DNA of 64,000 nt. Source: Candidatus Binatia bacterium (GTDB lineage Bacteria; Desulfobacterota; Binatia; Bin18). The translations under genes were made by a program, and so were the position numbers. The DNA lies in assembly GCA_963666315.2 (NCBI GenBank), contig CAXXHG010000046.1:12131-76130 (forward strand), given 5' to 3'. The first letter of the stretch is position 1; every line of letters starts with the position of its first letter. The notes beneath the pieces are model-generated. The model had not been told where the DNA came from, made no database searches, and saw nothing but the letters and a program-made list of their open reading frames with translations. Below, in pieces: positions 35,544 to 45,127 of this stretch.

Positions 35544-36839
35544 ATGCAAAAACAGCAGCCTGGCCGTCCCGAGTCTCTCCAGTCGGAAGAGCAGCCTATA
35601 CAGCCTACCAGCCGTCGCCGGTTTCTAAGAAATGCGGCGCTTGGAGCTGTAGGCAGCGGTGCGGCCCTTGCCGCTGGCTGTGAGTATCAAACCCAGCTCT
35701 TTCTTTTGAGTCGGACGGAAACAGAGGCGGAAGAGCCGAGTCCGGACTGGCAGACGGCCCGTATTCGCAGCTACCGGCCACTAGGAAACACCGGCCTGGA
35801 AATATCTGATATTTCGTTTGGCTGTTCAGGCCTTGATAATCCAGATGTTGTCAAACGCGCCCTGGACCGAGGGATCAACTATTTCGACACCTCACCAGAT
35901 TACTCGCGGGCCGGTTCGGAAAAAGCGTTGGGCCAGGGGATTAGAGGCTATCAACGCGATAGGCTGTGTATCGTCTCGAAGTTTTGTACAACGGGGGGAC
36001 ATCTGAGCAATACCACCCCGGTCAAAGACGTCATGGCTGCAGTTGAAGCGAGTCTGCAACGCATCGGTACCGACTATCTTGACCTGGCCCACATCCATGC
36101 CTGCAATTCCATAGATCGCCTCATGAATCCGAATATTCACGAAGCGTTTGATCGTCTCAAGGAGCAGGGCAAGCTCCGCTTTTTGGGCGTTTCGTCTCAT
36201 ACGCCTCGGCTGGAAGAGGTCATGCGGCATGCCGTCGATAGCGGACGCTTTGACGTCATTATGGTCGCCTATAATTTTCGCAATTGGCCCGAGCTGAGCA
36301 CTATTTTCCACGACGCCAAAGAGAAGGGCGTCGGTGTGGTTGCCATGAAAACGCTCAAAGGCGCCAGACATACGGCGCTATCAGACTTCACGCCAACACA
36401 GCGTGTATCCTTTTCCCAGGCAGCCTTTAAGTGGGTGCTGTCCAATTCCGATGTCAGCGGCCTTGTCGTGACCATCGGTTCGTTCAACCAAATCGACGAA
36501 TATCTGTACGCCTCTGACCAGCAGTTCCAGCAAGCCGATCTGGACCTGCTCGACAAATATGATCGTCTTGTTGCCAACGACTACTGTCCGCCCGGCTGCG
36601 GCGAGTGCTTGGCGTCGTGTCCGTCCAACGTTCCGGTCGATGATATCCTGCGCTACGCGATGTATTATGAGAACTACGGTCAGCAGCGGGTTGGCATGGA
36701 AGAGTACGCCAAAATTGCGAGTCAGCACAACGTCTCGCAGTGCGTTGACTGTCGCGCCCCGTGCGAGCAGGCCTGTCCGCACGAGCTACCGATCAAGGCA
36801 AAGTTGCTCCGAGTGGATCAACTGCTTCGACTTGCGTAA
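35544..36839 (+). CDS. Tat-exported aldo/keto reductase with C-terminal 4Fe-4S-type Cys clusters
   Basis: Twin-arginine signal SRRRFLRNAALGAVGSGAALAAGC. AKR motifs are INYFDTSPDYSRAGSEKALG and VSSH. The C-terminus reads CPPGCGECLASCP ... CVDCRAPCEQACP. Confidence 0.85.
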   Translation: MQKQQPGRPESLQSEEQPIQPTSRRRFLRNAALGAVGSGAALAAGCEYQTQLFLLSRTETEAEEPSPDWQTARIRSYRPLGNTGLEISDISFGCSGLDNPDVVKRALDRGINYFDTSPDYSRAGSEKALGQGIRGYQRDRLCIVSKFCTTGGHLSNTTPVKDVMAAVEASLQRIGTDYLDLAHIHACNSIDRLMNPNIHEAFDRLKEQGKLRFLGVSSHTPRLEEVMRHAVDSGRFDVIMVAYNFRNWPELSTIFHDAKEKGVGVVAMKTLKGARHTALSDFTPTQRVSFSQAAFKWVLSNSDVSGLVVTIGSFNQIDEYLYASDQQFQQADLDLLDKYDRLVANDYCPPGCGECLASCPSNVPVDDILRYAMYYENYGQQRVGMEEYAKIASQHNVSQCVDCRAPCEQACPHELPIKAKLLRVDQLLRLA

Positions 36840-36896
36840 ACGAAAGAGGAAAGCCAGCCTTCCGCTTGTCCTCACCCGACAACCGCGCTCACCGCT

Positions 36897-37385
36897 TCAC
36901 GAAGCAGCCAGCGCACTATTTGTCGTGCGTTTGCCGTCCTTGGTCATATGACAGGTGCAGTCACGGCCATATAGACCGTAGCGATGTAAGATGGATTTTA
37001 TCTTTTCTGGGATGCGATCAAGTAGTGTGCCTTTTAAGCTAATACTAAACGTATTGACGCTAATAGATGCGCTCAGAGATTCGACTTCGTGCCACCAGCC
37101 GCGCGGTATATACAACATCTGCCCGGAGTTGAGGTGAGAGGTTTGCATACGAACCTCGGCAAAACGAGGAAATTTCTGCGGATCGTATCGTCGTGAGTCG
37201 ATTTGGCTCAACTTTGACCCATAGTCGAACTTCGTGCTGGGATACATGCAGGCTGACTACTCGGGCGAAACGAGCCGAACAAATTTTTGACCGCAAACCT
37301 GGGCTAATAGACCATCCGCGTAGTCGAAGTGGAAACCAGTAAAGGTTCCTTTCGGTCCGATCCAGCCCAGCATAATGTTTTTCCA
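36897..37385 (-). pseudogene. Cupin_8/JmjC-like gene fragment, fused in frame to a Wzz fragment and interrupted by TAG
   Basis: WKNIMLGWIGPKGTFTGFHFDYADGLLAQVCGQKFVRLVSPE, then TAG (37257-37259), then SACMYPS...GQMLYIPRGWWHEVESLSASISVNTFS. The N-terminal ~100 aa of a normal JmjC-cupin are absent. Confidence 0.6.
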
Positions 37386-37874
37386 TTTAGGCTGAGTGAG
37401 GACCTCAAGATAGGCTTCGACCAGCTGCGCCAGGCGGTATTCTTTCGAGTAGGTCTCAGCCTCAGCATCATAAAATATGGGATAATCCTGCAGGTGTTGT
37501 TCCGCAACGATTTGTATCGCTAAATGCCGACTGCGCAGAATTTCATACTGGGTCTCATAGTAATCGTGGGCATCAGTTCCCAGTGACTCAGACAAGACCT
37601 TGCGGATGTCCAAGATCGCGGGCGACCGTTCTTCAATCAGCAGGGTGGCAGAAGCGGTATAGACGGGCGTCATGAAAAAGGTCCCGATGCCCACACACAG
37701 CACCACAACGGCAAAAAAGACGGCGATCTGCCATTTTCGTTTCGTCAGCACCTGCCAGTAGCGTTGGAGGTTCAGGCTATTGTCGCCCGGCCGGAACTGA
37801 TCGAATCCCGCCGGCCCTCCATCCGTTAGGACAAGAGTCGATGGGGCCGCATAGGGAGTGATGTCTCTCACCAT
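37386..37874 (-). pseudogene. Polysaccharide chain-length determinant (Wzz/GumC-type) N-terminal fragment
   Basis: LQRYWQVLTKRKWQIAVFFAVVVLCVGIGTFFMTPVYTASATLLIEE...YYETQYEILRSRHLA is the Wzz domain. The protein changes abruptly to cupin sequence after ...LEVLTQPK (~37385). The periplasmic coiled-coil, second TM and kinase parts are missing. Confidence 0.6.
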
Positions 37875-37883
37875 CTTTCTCCT

Positions 37884-39070
37884 CTATGGAACCACAGAAG
37901 CGCCGATACTGAGCACGCGCGTCGCAAAGTCATACAGCCCGTAGAAAATGAGTTTTCCGGTGGAAGAGGGGACCTCAATCACATCACCCGCTTGGACCGG
38001 CATATCGGACGCCTCACCACGCAGAATTCTTTCGAGGTCAGGCGACAGCACCTGGGTTTGCCCCTCACGGTCCGTACGAATCACTTTCACGATCCAGTTA
38101 TCAGCGACAAATCGGGGCCCTCCGGCAGCAGCAATCGCACCAATAATCGTCAGCCCTGGGGTGATGGGATAGGTGCCAGGCTGCTTGAGCCAGCCTTCCA
38201 CCAGTACGCCACCAGCATCAGGCGCGATAATGACGTCTTGCGGGCGAACGGGGAGGGCAAGATAGATTTGATCGCCGCCTTTGATCAGGTTCTGAACATC
38301 GATGATAATGGGCTCCCCGCGTTCCGCCAAAGAGGATGCTCGGAGAGAAGAGGACGTCAGAGGGACGGAGAACGGGACCGAATTCGCGTGTTGCCCTGCA
38401 TCCCCCGCCGGCAGAAAATGAATCTGGGCCGCAGCTTTCTCGGTTCGTCCACCTGCCAGGGACAGCACATCGAGAATCGTATCTGTCCGGCTGGTGGGGC
38501 TATAGAGTCCAGGCTTTTCGACCGCACCGACCACGGCAACTTGTCGGCTGCGATACTCACGCACAGAGAGGTTCACCTGGGATTATCCATATAGTCCCGT
38601 TCGAGCCGACTTCGAATCGCTTCCTTAAGGGTCTTTTCGGTCAGTCCACCGGCCTGCATGATGCCGATGAACGGCAAGGAGATCGTGCCTTCTCGGGAGA
38701 CACGCACAATATGGCCGGTATCAGATTGGCGTTCGAGCTCTACCATGCCCGGTACAGAAATCTCCAATACGTCTCCGGGTCCAAGCGGATAATCTGCCGT
38801 CATGCTGTCCCCAGCTCGCTGAGCCCATAACTGCGCCAGTCGAGCTTCATCACGCTGAGCATGGCTGCGTGGGCTGTCCGTGCCCACGGGCGTGGGAGTA
38901 GTCGCCGGACTTTGTCTGAGAGACGCAGAGTGAGACCCGGTTGACTGAACGCTGGTCGTGCAGCCAGCTACACACAGGATCACACCCACACCGAGAACAG
39001 CATGACCAAAAGGCGTCGGGCAGAGGTTCCGAATATGCAAAAAGAGGTTGGAAATTTTATCCATACACAA
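37884..39070 (-). pseudogene. Wza/GumB-type outer-membrane polysaccharide export lipoprotein, split by a 1-nt frameshift (or sequencing error)
   Basis: Lipobox LCVAGC. The Poly_export motif reads YPLGPGDVLEISVPG...GTISLPFIGIMQAGGLTEKTLKEAI...YMDNPR, then stop. The expected continuation VNLSVREYRSRQVAVVGAVEKPGLY (SLBB domains) is in the next ORF. The junction aat-ccc-agg-tga / gtg-aac at 38573-38581 looks like a lost C in a C-run. Confidence 0.7.
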
Positions 39071-39312
39071 TCAGCCCAGCGGCAGTTTTTCCCCTCTTTT
39101 ATTTTCGGCTGACCGCGAACCGTCTTTAATTACGTAAAAGGAGGCTCTATAAGCTCTATAAACTCGGCCATCCAGTATCTCATCTTCGGTATATATTTTG
39201 CGTACTTAAAGTTGGGACTGCTCTCAGACGGCACGGGTCTGCCCAAAGACAGCCGACAAGACCTCAGGCGATGACGAAGTTGAGAGTGCAGGGTCTCTAA
39301 GGATGTGTAAGG

Positions 39313-40440
39313 ATGTACACTGAGGAGTTAGGATTTCAGAAAGAGCCTTTTAGCCCTACGGCTGATGTGGAATTCTTTTATGCTGCCCCGACCTACCGAG
39401 CAGCATACGAGCGCCTCGTCTTTGGAATTCAGAATCGTAAGGGCCTGCTCGCCTTGCTTGGTGAAGCGGGGACCGGGAAAACCACACTGCTGCGCTGGCT
39501 CATGCACAACATCGAGCCTAACGTACAGTTCGTCTACTTCTTCAATACGAATCTGACCTTTGAAGAAATGCTCATCTTTGTGTGTGACGACCGTGGCCTG
39601 CCTGCCGAAGGTGTCGATCGGGTAACAAAAATTAAGAACCTGTATAACTTCTTACAGACACAGTTTGAAAACGGCGGGACCGGAGTCTTCTTAATTGACG
39701 AGGCCCAAAATTTAAGTGATGAATTCCTCGAACATCTGCGTCTCTTATCAAATGCGGAAACCGCAGGACAAAAACTCCTGCAGATCGTTCTGGTCGGGCA
39801 GCCAGAACTTGAACGCAAGTTATCCCACCACCATCTCCGCCAGTTGAAACAACGCATTACGACCTATTGCCGTCTCAAACCCCTTGACGCGCAAGAAGTT
39901 GGTCCGTTTATCAGCCACCGGCTCCAGGTTGCCGGGTACACAGGTGAACCACTTTTCCCTGACGAGGTCACTCAGCGTATCGCACACTACTCGCACGGCA
40001 TCCCCCGGCTTATTAATACCCTGTGCGAAAACACGCTGATTGCTTTGCCTGCGACAGGGCAGACGGTCGCTTCGGTGCAGCTCATTGATGAGATGGCCGA
40101 CGAGCTGCAACTGTCCTCTGACCAGGCTACGCCTCACCAGGCTCCCCCCAGATTCACAGACCAGACCAACACCGGACGCCCGGCATCGTCCCAGCCGCCG
40201 CTCCTCCGCCCGGCACCGACGACAAAGACAGGGACAGACGAGCAGGCGTGGGCAACCGCAGTGCCACCCAAACCACTCCTCCATCCAGACGACCAAGCCT
40301 TATCTCCTACGCACAGTTTCCCGTATTTTCCTGGTGCGAGAATTCAATCCGCATATCACCGATCTGGATCGGACCGTCGTGGGCGAAACATTGGGGTTCC
40401 CACCCCTTGCCCAGGACACCCTGGTGCGGCGACAGCCTGA
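39313..40440 (+). CDS. ExeA/GspA-like AAA ATPase (PEP-CTERM-locus secretion ATPase-like); 3' end uncertain
   Basis: Walker A GEAGTGKTTL and Walker B FLIDEAQNL, then LLQIVLVGQPEL and YSHGIPRLINTLCE. A Pro-rich linker follows. A structured-looking C-terminal domain lies in the +1 frame and ends at 40540. Confidence 0.8.
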   Translation: MYTEELGFQKEPFSPTADVEFFYAAPTYRAAYERLVFGIQNRKGLLALLGEAGTGKTTLLRWLMHNIEPNVQFVYFFNTNLTFEEMLIFVCDDRGLPAEGVDRVTKIKNLYNFLQTQFENGGTGVFLIDEAQNLSDEFLEHLRLLSNAETAGQKLLQIVLVGQPELERKLSHHHLRQLKQRITTYCRLKPLDAQEVGPFISHRLQVAGYTGEPLFPDEVTQRIAHYSHGIPRLINTLCENTLIALPATGQTVASVQLIDEMADELQLSSDQATPHQAPPRFTDQTNTGRPASSQPPLLRPAPTTKTGTDEQAWATAVPPKPLLHPDDQALSPTHSFPYFPGARIQSAYHRSGSDRRGRNIGVPTPCPGHPGAATA

Positions 40441-40785
40441 TGGCTCCTACCTCTTTATTCTCAAATCCTTCTTCTCACTTGCAGATGCTCAGCACGCATG
40501 GAAACTCCTCCGCAGTCAGACAACCATGTCAGCCCTGTAATCCAGACCCGCAAAAGAGACACTCCGGTGCGTAACCCTCTTGTCCCGTAGGGATGAAAGG
40601 GAACTGGCGCGAACCGCTTGATTCTTGGGGATCGGGTTGTCACTCCACCGCCCTTCAAGCTAGGCTGTTCCGAACTACACGGAGGAGGACAGCCCATAGA
40701 TCAGGTGCTGCGGTCAATGCATGGGCTTGCCAAGGAAGTGATGCCCAAGGTAGAAGCCTGACAAGGTGGGAAAAGCGGGGGGAGT

Positions 40786-41265
40786 ATGCAAAAACTCAGT
40801 CATGTCGATGCCCAGGGCCGCGCCCAAATGGTCGATGTCGGGGACAAATCTGTCACCGCACGGGAGGCAATTGCAACAGGTACGGTACAGATGCGTCCAG
40901 AGACGCTGGACCTCATTGTCACCGGCCAAATGCCCAAGGGAGACGTTTTGGCAGTCGCTCGTATAGCCGGCATTATGGCTGCAAAGAAAACGCCAGAACT
41001 CATCCCGCTGTGCCATCCCCTCCTCATTTCATCGGTCACGGTGGAATTTACTTCACATAAGGAGACAGGGCGCATTGATATTGAAGCCCGCGTCGAGGTG
41101 AGCGGAAAAACCGGGGTCGAAATGGAAGCGCTGACCGCTGTCTCGGTGGCGGCCCTGACGATTTACGATATGTGCAAAGCCGTGGAAAAAGACATAATCA
41201 TCTCAGCAATCAGCCTCCAGCATAAAAGCGGAGGAAAAAGCGGAACCTATAGCAGAACGCCATGA
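40786..41265 (+). CDS. moaC: Cyclic pyranopterin monophosphate synthase
   Basis: [50 protein letters not shown] and [24 protein letters not shown]. Confidence 0.93.
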   Translation: MQKLSHVDAQGRAQMVDVGDKSVTAREAIATGTVQMRPETLDLIVTGQMPKGDVLAVARIAGIMAAKKTPELIPLCHPLLISSVTVEFTSHKETGRIDIEARVEVSGKTGVEMEALTAVSVAALTIYDMCKAVEKDIIISAISLQHKSGGKSGTYSRTP

Positions 41266-41763
41266 CCAGTCTGAGAATTTACAAGAGAACTATAAAATTG
41301 GAGAGATAAACGACAGACTGACAATTTCACTTCATGCACACATGCGGCCCCCATTCAGATGATCATGAGGAATTCTCTCTCATTATTCTTTCCGCCTTTA
41401 GGAGAAAATTTTTTCCAATTTGTCTTGGCTACTGCCGGAAGTCGATAAAACCAGTATTATCCGTCACTTAGGCCAAACAAAGGGCCATCCAGTAAACGCA
41501 TTCCTCCCGGAGGGGCCTATTCAAAATAGCTGAGACTGCAGGTAGGGGATTGAATTATATGAGAAAAAATGAAAATCTCTTACTTCCTATGACGTATTTA
41601 ACTATTCCCTGTATGAACCCTTCTTTTGCCGAATAGCGTGCGCTAGACATCAAGACCACCTGTCTGGCCCCTGTATGCGTCACTGAGAAAAGAGGCAGAT
41701 CAGCCGATATACACAGGTTTTTGAGCTTCTCGTCGTTAAGGGAAATTGAGAGGAAAACGTATA

Positions 41764-42404
41764 ATGAAAAGCCATGCTGTCCAGAGAACCAAAAAGGAGA
41801 CACCGAAATCGAAAGCAGTGAAATCAGCCAAGAAACCGGCAAAAAAATTGGCCCGGACTGCTGCTCGTAAAACGGTGACAAAAAAGTGACCTCCCCCAAG
41901 AAGACGGCAATAAAAGAGAATCCGCCGCCGAAGGTCATGGCGACGAAAGTCGCGACAACTGAAATTGCCCCCCAAGAACTGGATGCCTCGAAAACGGCCA
42001 CACCCCAAGACCCAATACTGCAACCAGAGCCTGCTACTCCGCCTCTTGAACTGTCACAAGGTTCTGAGGAATTGCCTGCAAAGGATGCACCCCCGGTCAC
42101 AGCTCCGCCTGTTTTTGTAGAACGTGATCTCACCGGACCAGATGGCAGCAAACGGCCGGGCTGGGAAATGTGGATCGGCGATCATTGTTTTGGTCGGGCA
42201 GATAGTAAAGACCTGTTACTTGCCAGCTTCGAGCGACTGCAGAGCCCGCCAAGCAGTTTTCACTGGCGCGAAGTCCGTAATCGTATGCCCATGCGCGGTC
42301 GACCCAGGAACGCGCCGGGACAAAAAGCCCCGAGACAGGCGCTGGCCTCCAAACAAGAGAAGCTCCCTGGGGAATTAGAGGAAGAGGTTCCAGAAATTTC
42401 TTAG
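41764..42404 (+). CDS. Lys/Ala-rich (histone-H1-like N-terminus) hypothetical protein, interrupted by a frameshift in an A6 run
   Basis: ATG 41764 gives MKSHAVQRTKKETPKSKAVKSAKKPAKKLARTAARKTVTKK then TGA. One extra A in the run at 41880-41885 would fuse it to the 172-aa ORF that starts at 41886 (TSPKKTAIKENPPPK...). Confidence 0.45.
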
Positions 42405-42437
42405 GCTGAAGACGATAGTCTGTTAAAAAAATGACAT

Positions 42438-42470
42438 AAAAAAGGGTACCCAAATGGGTACCCTTTTCTC
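42438..42470. terminator. Bidirectional rho-independent terminator
   Basis: AAAAGGGTACCC-aaat-GGGTACCCTTTT lies between convergent genes, with A/T runs on both sides. Confidence 0.75.
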
Positions 42471-42526
42471 GTCAATTGCTCCCCAACGGGCTTCGCTACG
42501 GGTCAGGAGATCTCTAGGAGGACCTC

Positions 42527-42847
42527 CTAGCCCTCAGACAATTGCTTCAGATCTTCGGCCCAATTCTCGTAAGGGCGGAGGGGGATAACCTCAACGTCCT
42601 TGACGATATGCGCGTAGCCGAGCTGCCAGATGGGCAGACTGTGAATCGCAGCATCAAGCGCGTCGCCGGATTCCACGTCCATCACCAGTATTACCTCAGG
42701 CTTTCCTGCGACTTTCCATATCCCTTTAATGACTCCAGCTTCCTTCGCAGCTAAGGCAGCTTCAGACTCCTTGCGCCACACAGTATAAAAATCTTTGTTC
42801 GACATATCGGCGGGTTTCTCGATGTGCGCCTTGAACAGAACCAGCAC
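42527..42847 (-). CDS. Muconolactone delta-isomerase-like (MIase family) protein
   Basis: 106 aa. MLVLFKAHIEKPADMS...EAGVIKGIWKVAGKPEVILVMDVESGDALDAAIHSLPIW parallels the ferredoxin-like MIase fold sequence pattern. Confidence 0.65.
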   Translation of the reverse strand: MLVLFKAHIEKPADMSNKDFYTVWRKESEAALAAKEAGVIKGIWKVAGKPEVILVMDVESGDALDAAIHSLPIWQLGYAHIVKDVEVIPLRPYENWAEDLKQLSEG

Positions 42848-42989
42848 GGTGTTCTCCTTTCTTCTGTAATGTACAATTCTTTAGATTTGACCTATAGCCG
42901 ACCCTTCACCAATCCGTCAAATCCTCTCCATAAGCAGGAGTCTTCTCCGCATGCGCTGGACAAGATGACATTGCAAGCGTAAAGAAAGT

Positions 42990-44789
42990 ATGCATCTGTC
43001 TGAAATGGTGGAATCACAGCACACAACGATATCTAGTGCATTCTGGGGAGAGCCTCCACAAGCGAGTGTATCTCGCTCAACCCCGAGCGAGAAAGTCCTT
43101 GCGCGGCTACGTTGGCTAGCCTTGGGCATATGGGGCGGCTTGCTAGAGCTCAATCCACACACTATGCTCCTGCCATTTGCGCATTACTGTCTCGGCGCAG
43201 GATTTGTCTACTGCACCTTCGGACAATATTTTGCGTACCGTCAGTATAAAGGCTATCTTCTTACCTTTCCCATAGGCCTCACCGATATTGCCTTTGTGGC
43301 GATCCTGTGTGCGTTCAACGGCGGTCTGTCTAGCCCAGCGTATGTCTATTTCTACGGACTCACATTAATCGCAACGCTCCGTTTTGGCTGGCAAGCAGGG
43401 TTTGGGATGGCCCTCCTGTCAAGTCTGACGGCTGGGCTGCTGTTTGCGCTGGCGCAGCCAGCAATATTCCCTCTCGCTTATCTGAGTGCAGATCTGGGCC
43501 TCCGATGTGTCCTCTTGTTCGGTATCGCCGGGCTCACCGGCCTCTTTTTTGGGCGAGAACAATCCCAGACCAGCCAGCCCACGCCGGTTGTCCAAAAACA
43601 ACCATTGGAACAACCACCAGCCGATCCTCTTCAGACTCTCAGTGAAGCACCTCTCACGCTTGAGCTCAACAGTCTGTTACAACGCATTGTGGATGAAACG
43701 TTACAACGTATCCCCTGTCATGGAGTCGGTTTTGTCCTACTTCAGCCCGATACCCAAACGTACGAACACGTAGTCTCTGCCGGAAGCTTTCCCCTCCTGC
43801 CGGCATCCACATGGAAACAGGCGTTGGCCGCAGGAGGTGTCCTGCATAGTGCTCTTCACCACACCCCTGTGGTCCTCAATACACCACAAGATCTTCAGTC
43901 TCGCCTACAATCTCTTTCGGATACTATACTTGCGCAAAGGCATCTCCTTATTCTTCGGCTTGGTGACACACCTGCGCTGGGTTGCTTTGTCTTGATTGAT
44001 AGAAACCATCCGGATGGATTTCGTCCGGAGGATATCCGACTCCTTACCGAGATTGCGCAACTCACGGCTCCAGCGGTAAAGAATGCCTACGCTTTTACCG
44101 AAGCCAGCAGGTCATCGAAAGAACTGCGCGGCCTCCTGCATGCCGTGCTCGATGCGCAAGAGGAAGAACGCCAGCGTGTTGTCAGTGAATGGCACGACCA
44201 GTTGGGAAAAAGGCTGTTTCGCATGCTGCAAGATTTTCGGGGTTGTCAGGAATTTGTCCTTCAGCACGCCCCCGAAGGACGCGAACGCTTTGCCAAGCTG
44301 GCCTCTGAGATCGATTCGATTGCGGCCTTGGTCCGCCAGTTCGCCGATGACCTCCTGCCTCCTGTGCTTGAAGATTTCGGTTTTGTCGCCGCTGTGCGCG
44401 AATATGCGATCGAGCTGCAAGAGCACGAACCTTTTGAGGTCGTTATGCAGGCCGACAACGACGACCCGCCATTGTCTACCCAGACGAGTCGTAAGCTCTT
44501 TCGGATTACGCAAGAAGCCCTCCTAAACGTCAAGAAACACGCGAAGGCCCAGCATGTCCGGATTGCGCTCACCTTTGAGCAATCCGGGGTATCCCTCATG
44601 ATTAAAGATGATGGTCAAGGATTTAATCGCGCAGCCTACACCCCTGGCCACTACGGTCTTCTGTATATGCGTGAACAGGCTGCTGCGTGTGGCGGACGGT
44701 TTTCTGTCCAGAGTGAGCAAGGGCAGGGAACCGAGGTCCGGGTAGAGCTACCGCTAGAAAAAGACACACTTCCAGCACCGTTGACGTAA
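42990..44789 (+). CDS. Membrane sensor histidine kinase (HisKA_3/NarX-type) with GAF-like domain
   Basis: An N-terminal block of ~5-6 TM spans and a central GAF-like region. The H-box is EEERQRVVSEWHDQLGKRL. HATPase_c motifs are QEALLNVKKHA, IKDDGQGF and GLLYMRE...GG. No response regulator is adjacent. Confidence 0.85.
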   Translation: MHLSEMVESQHTTISSAFWGEPPQASVSRSTPSEKVLARLRWLALGIWGGLLELNPHTMLLPFAHYCLGAGFVYCTFGQYFAYRQYKGYLLTFPIGLTDIAFVAILCAFNGGLSSPAYVYFYGLTLIATLRFGWQAGFGMALLSSLTAGLLFALAQPAIFPLAYLSADLGLRCVLLFGIAGLTGLFFGREQSQTSQPTPVVQKQPLEQPPADPLQTLSEAPLTLELNSLLQRIVDETLQRIPCHGVGFVLLQPDTQTYEHVVSAGSFPLLPASTWKQALAAGGVLHSALHHTPVVLNTPQDLQSRLQSLSDTILAQRHLLILRLGDTPALGCFVLIDRNHPDGFRPEDIRLLTEIAQLTAPAVKNAYAFTEASRSSKELRGLLHAVLDAQEEERQRVVSEWHDQLGKRLFRMLQDFRGCQEFVLQHAPEGRERFAKLASEIDSIAALVRQFADDLLPPVLEDFGFVAAVREYAIELQEHEPFEVVMQADNDDPPLSTQTSRKLFRITQEALLNVKKHAKAQHVRIALTFEQSGVSLMIKDDGQGFNRAAYTPGHYGLLYMREQAAACGGRFSVQSEQGQGTEVRVELPLEKDTLPAPLT

Positions 44790-44886
44790 GTGTCTGGCTG
44801 AAACCGACGTGCTGAAGTAGGCGTGCGCAGGTTCGTTGCCGTTTTTGGCTGGCCCGATAGATAAAAGCAAGAATTTCTGCCACAGT

Positions 44887-45126
44887 TTAGTATACGTGCG
44901 TGGGTACCTCCTGATCAAGATCGAGCCGTGAGAGGACCTGGATCATATCCTTATCCTCGTGAATTGGAATCTTATGTTCACGCGCGGGCTGTACGATGCG
45001 TTTGGCCACATCTCCACGGCCTTTGGCCGTCACCAGAGGCGCACGATCTTCCCGCGGCGCGTATCGGCGAGCGACCGCCTGATATGATGCACCTTTAGAG
45101 CTCGAGGGAGTCTGCTTTGCTGCCAT
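44887..45126 (-). CDS. FlhB C-terminal-domain-like protein (EscU/YscU/HrcU family), ends at a probable premature TAA
   Basis: AVARRYAPREDRAPLVTAKGRGDVAKRIVQPAREHKIPIHEDKDMIQVL. After TAA (44887-44889) the same frame continues TVAEILAFIYRA, which is the usual family C-terminus. Confidence 0.65.
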   Translation of the reverse strand: MAAKQTPSSSKGASYQAVARRYAPREDRAPLVTAKGRGDVAKRIVQPAREHKIPIHEDKDMIQVLSRLDLDQEVPTHVY

Positions 45127-45127
45127 A

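Noticed and set aside
35444-35683. A 79-aa ORF overlapping the start of the aldo/keto reductase gene.
   Set aside because: It overlaps the Tat-signal-encoding region in another frame and has no motif. The AKR ATG at 35544 with its RRRFLR signal is the coherent start.
40545-40785. A Moco (molybdenum cofactor) riboswitch upstream of moaC. The 240-nt leader contains GGATGAAAGGGAA and CACTCCGG/CACTCCACC.
   Set aside because: I could not find the conserved GCCUCCGAGCC-type core or a convincing multi-stem arrangement by eye. It needs an Rfam RF01055 scan before any claim.
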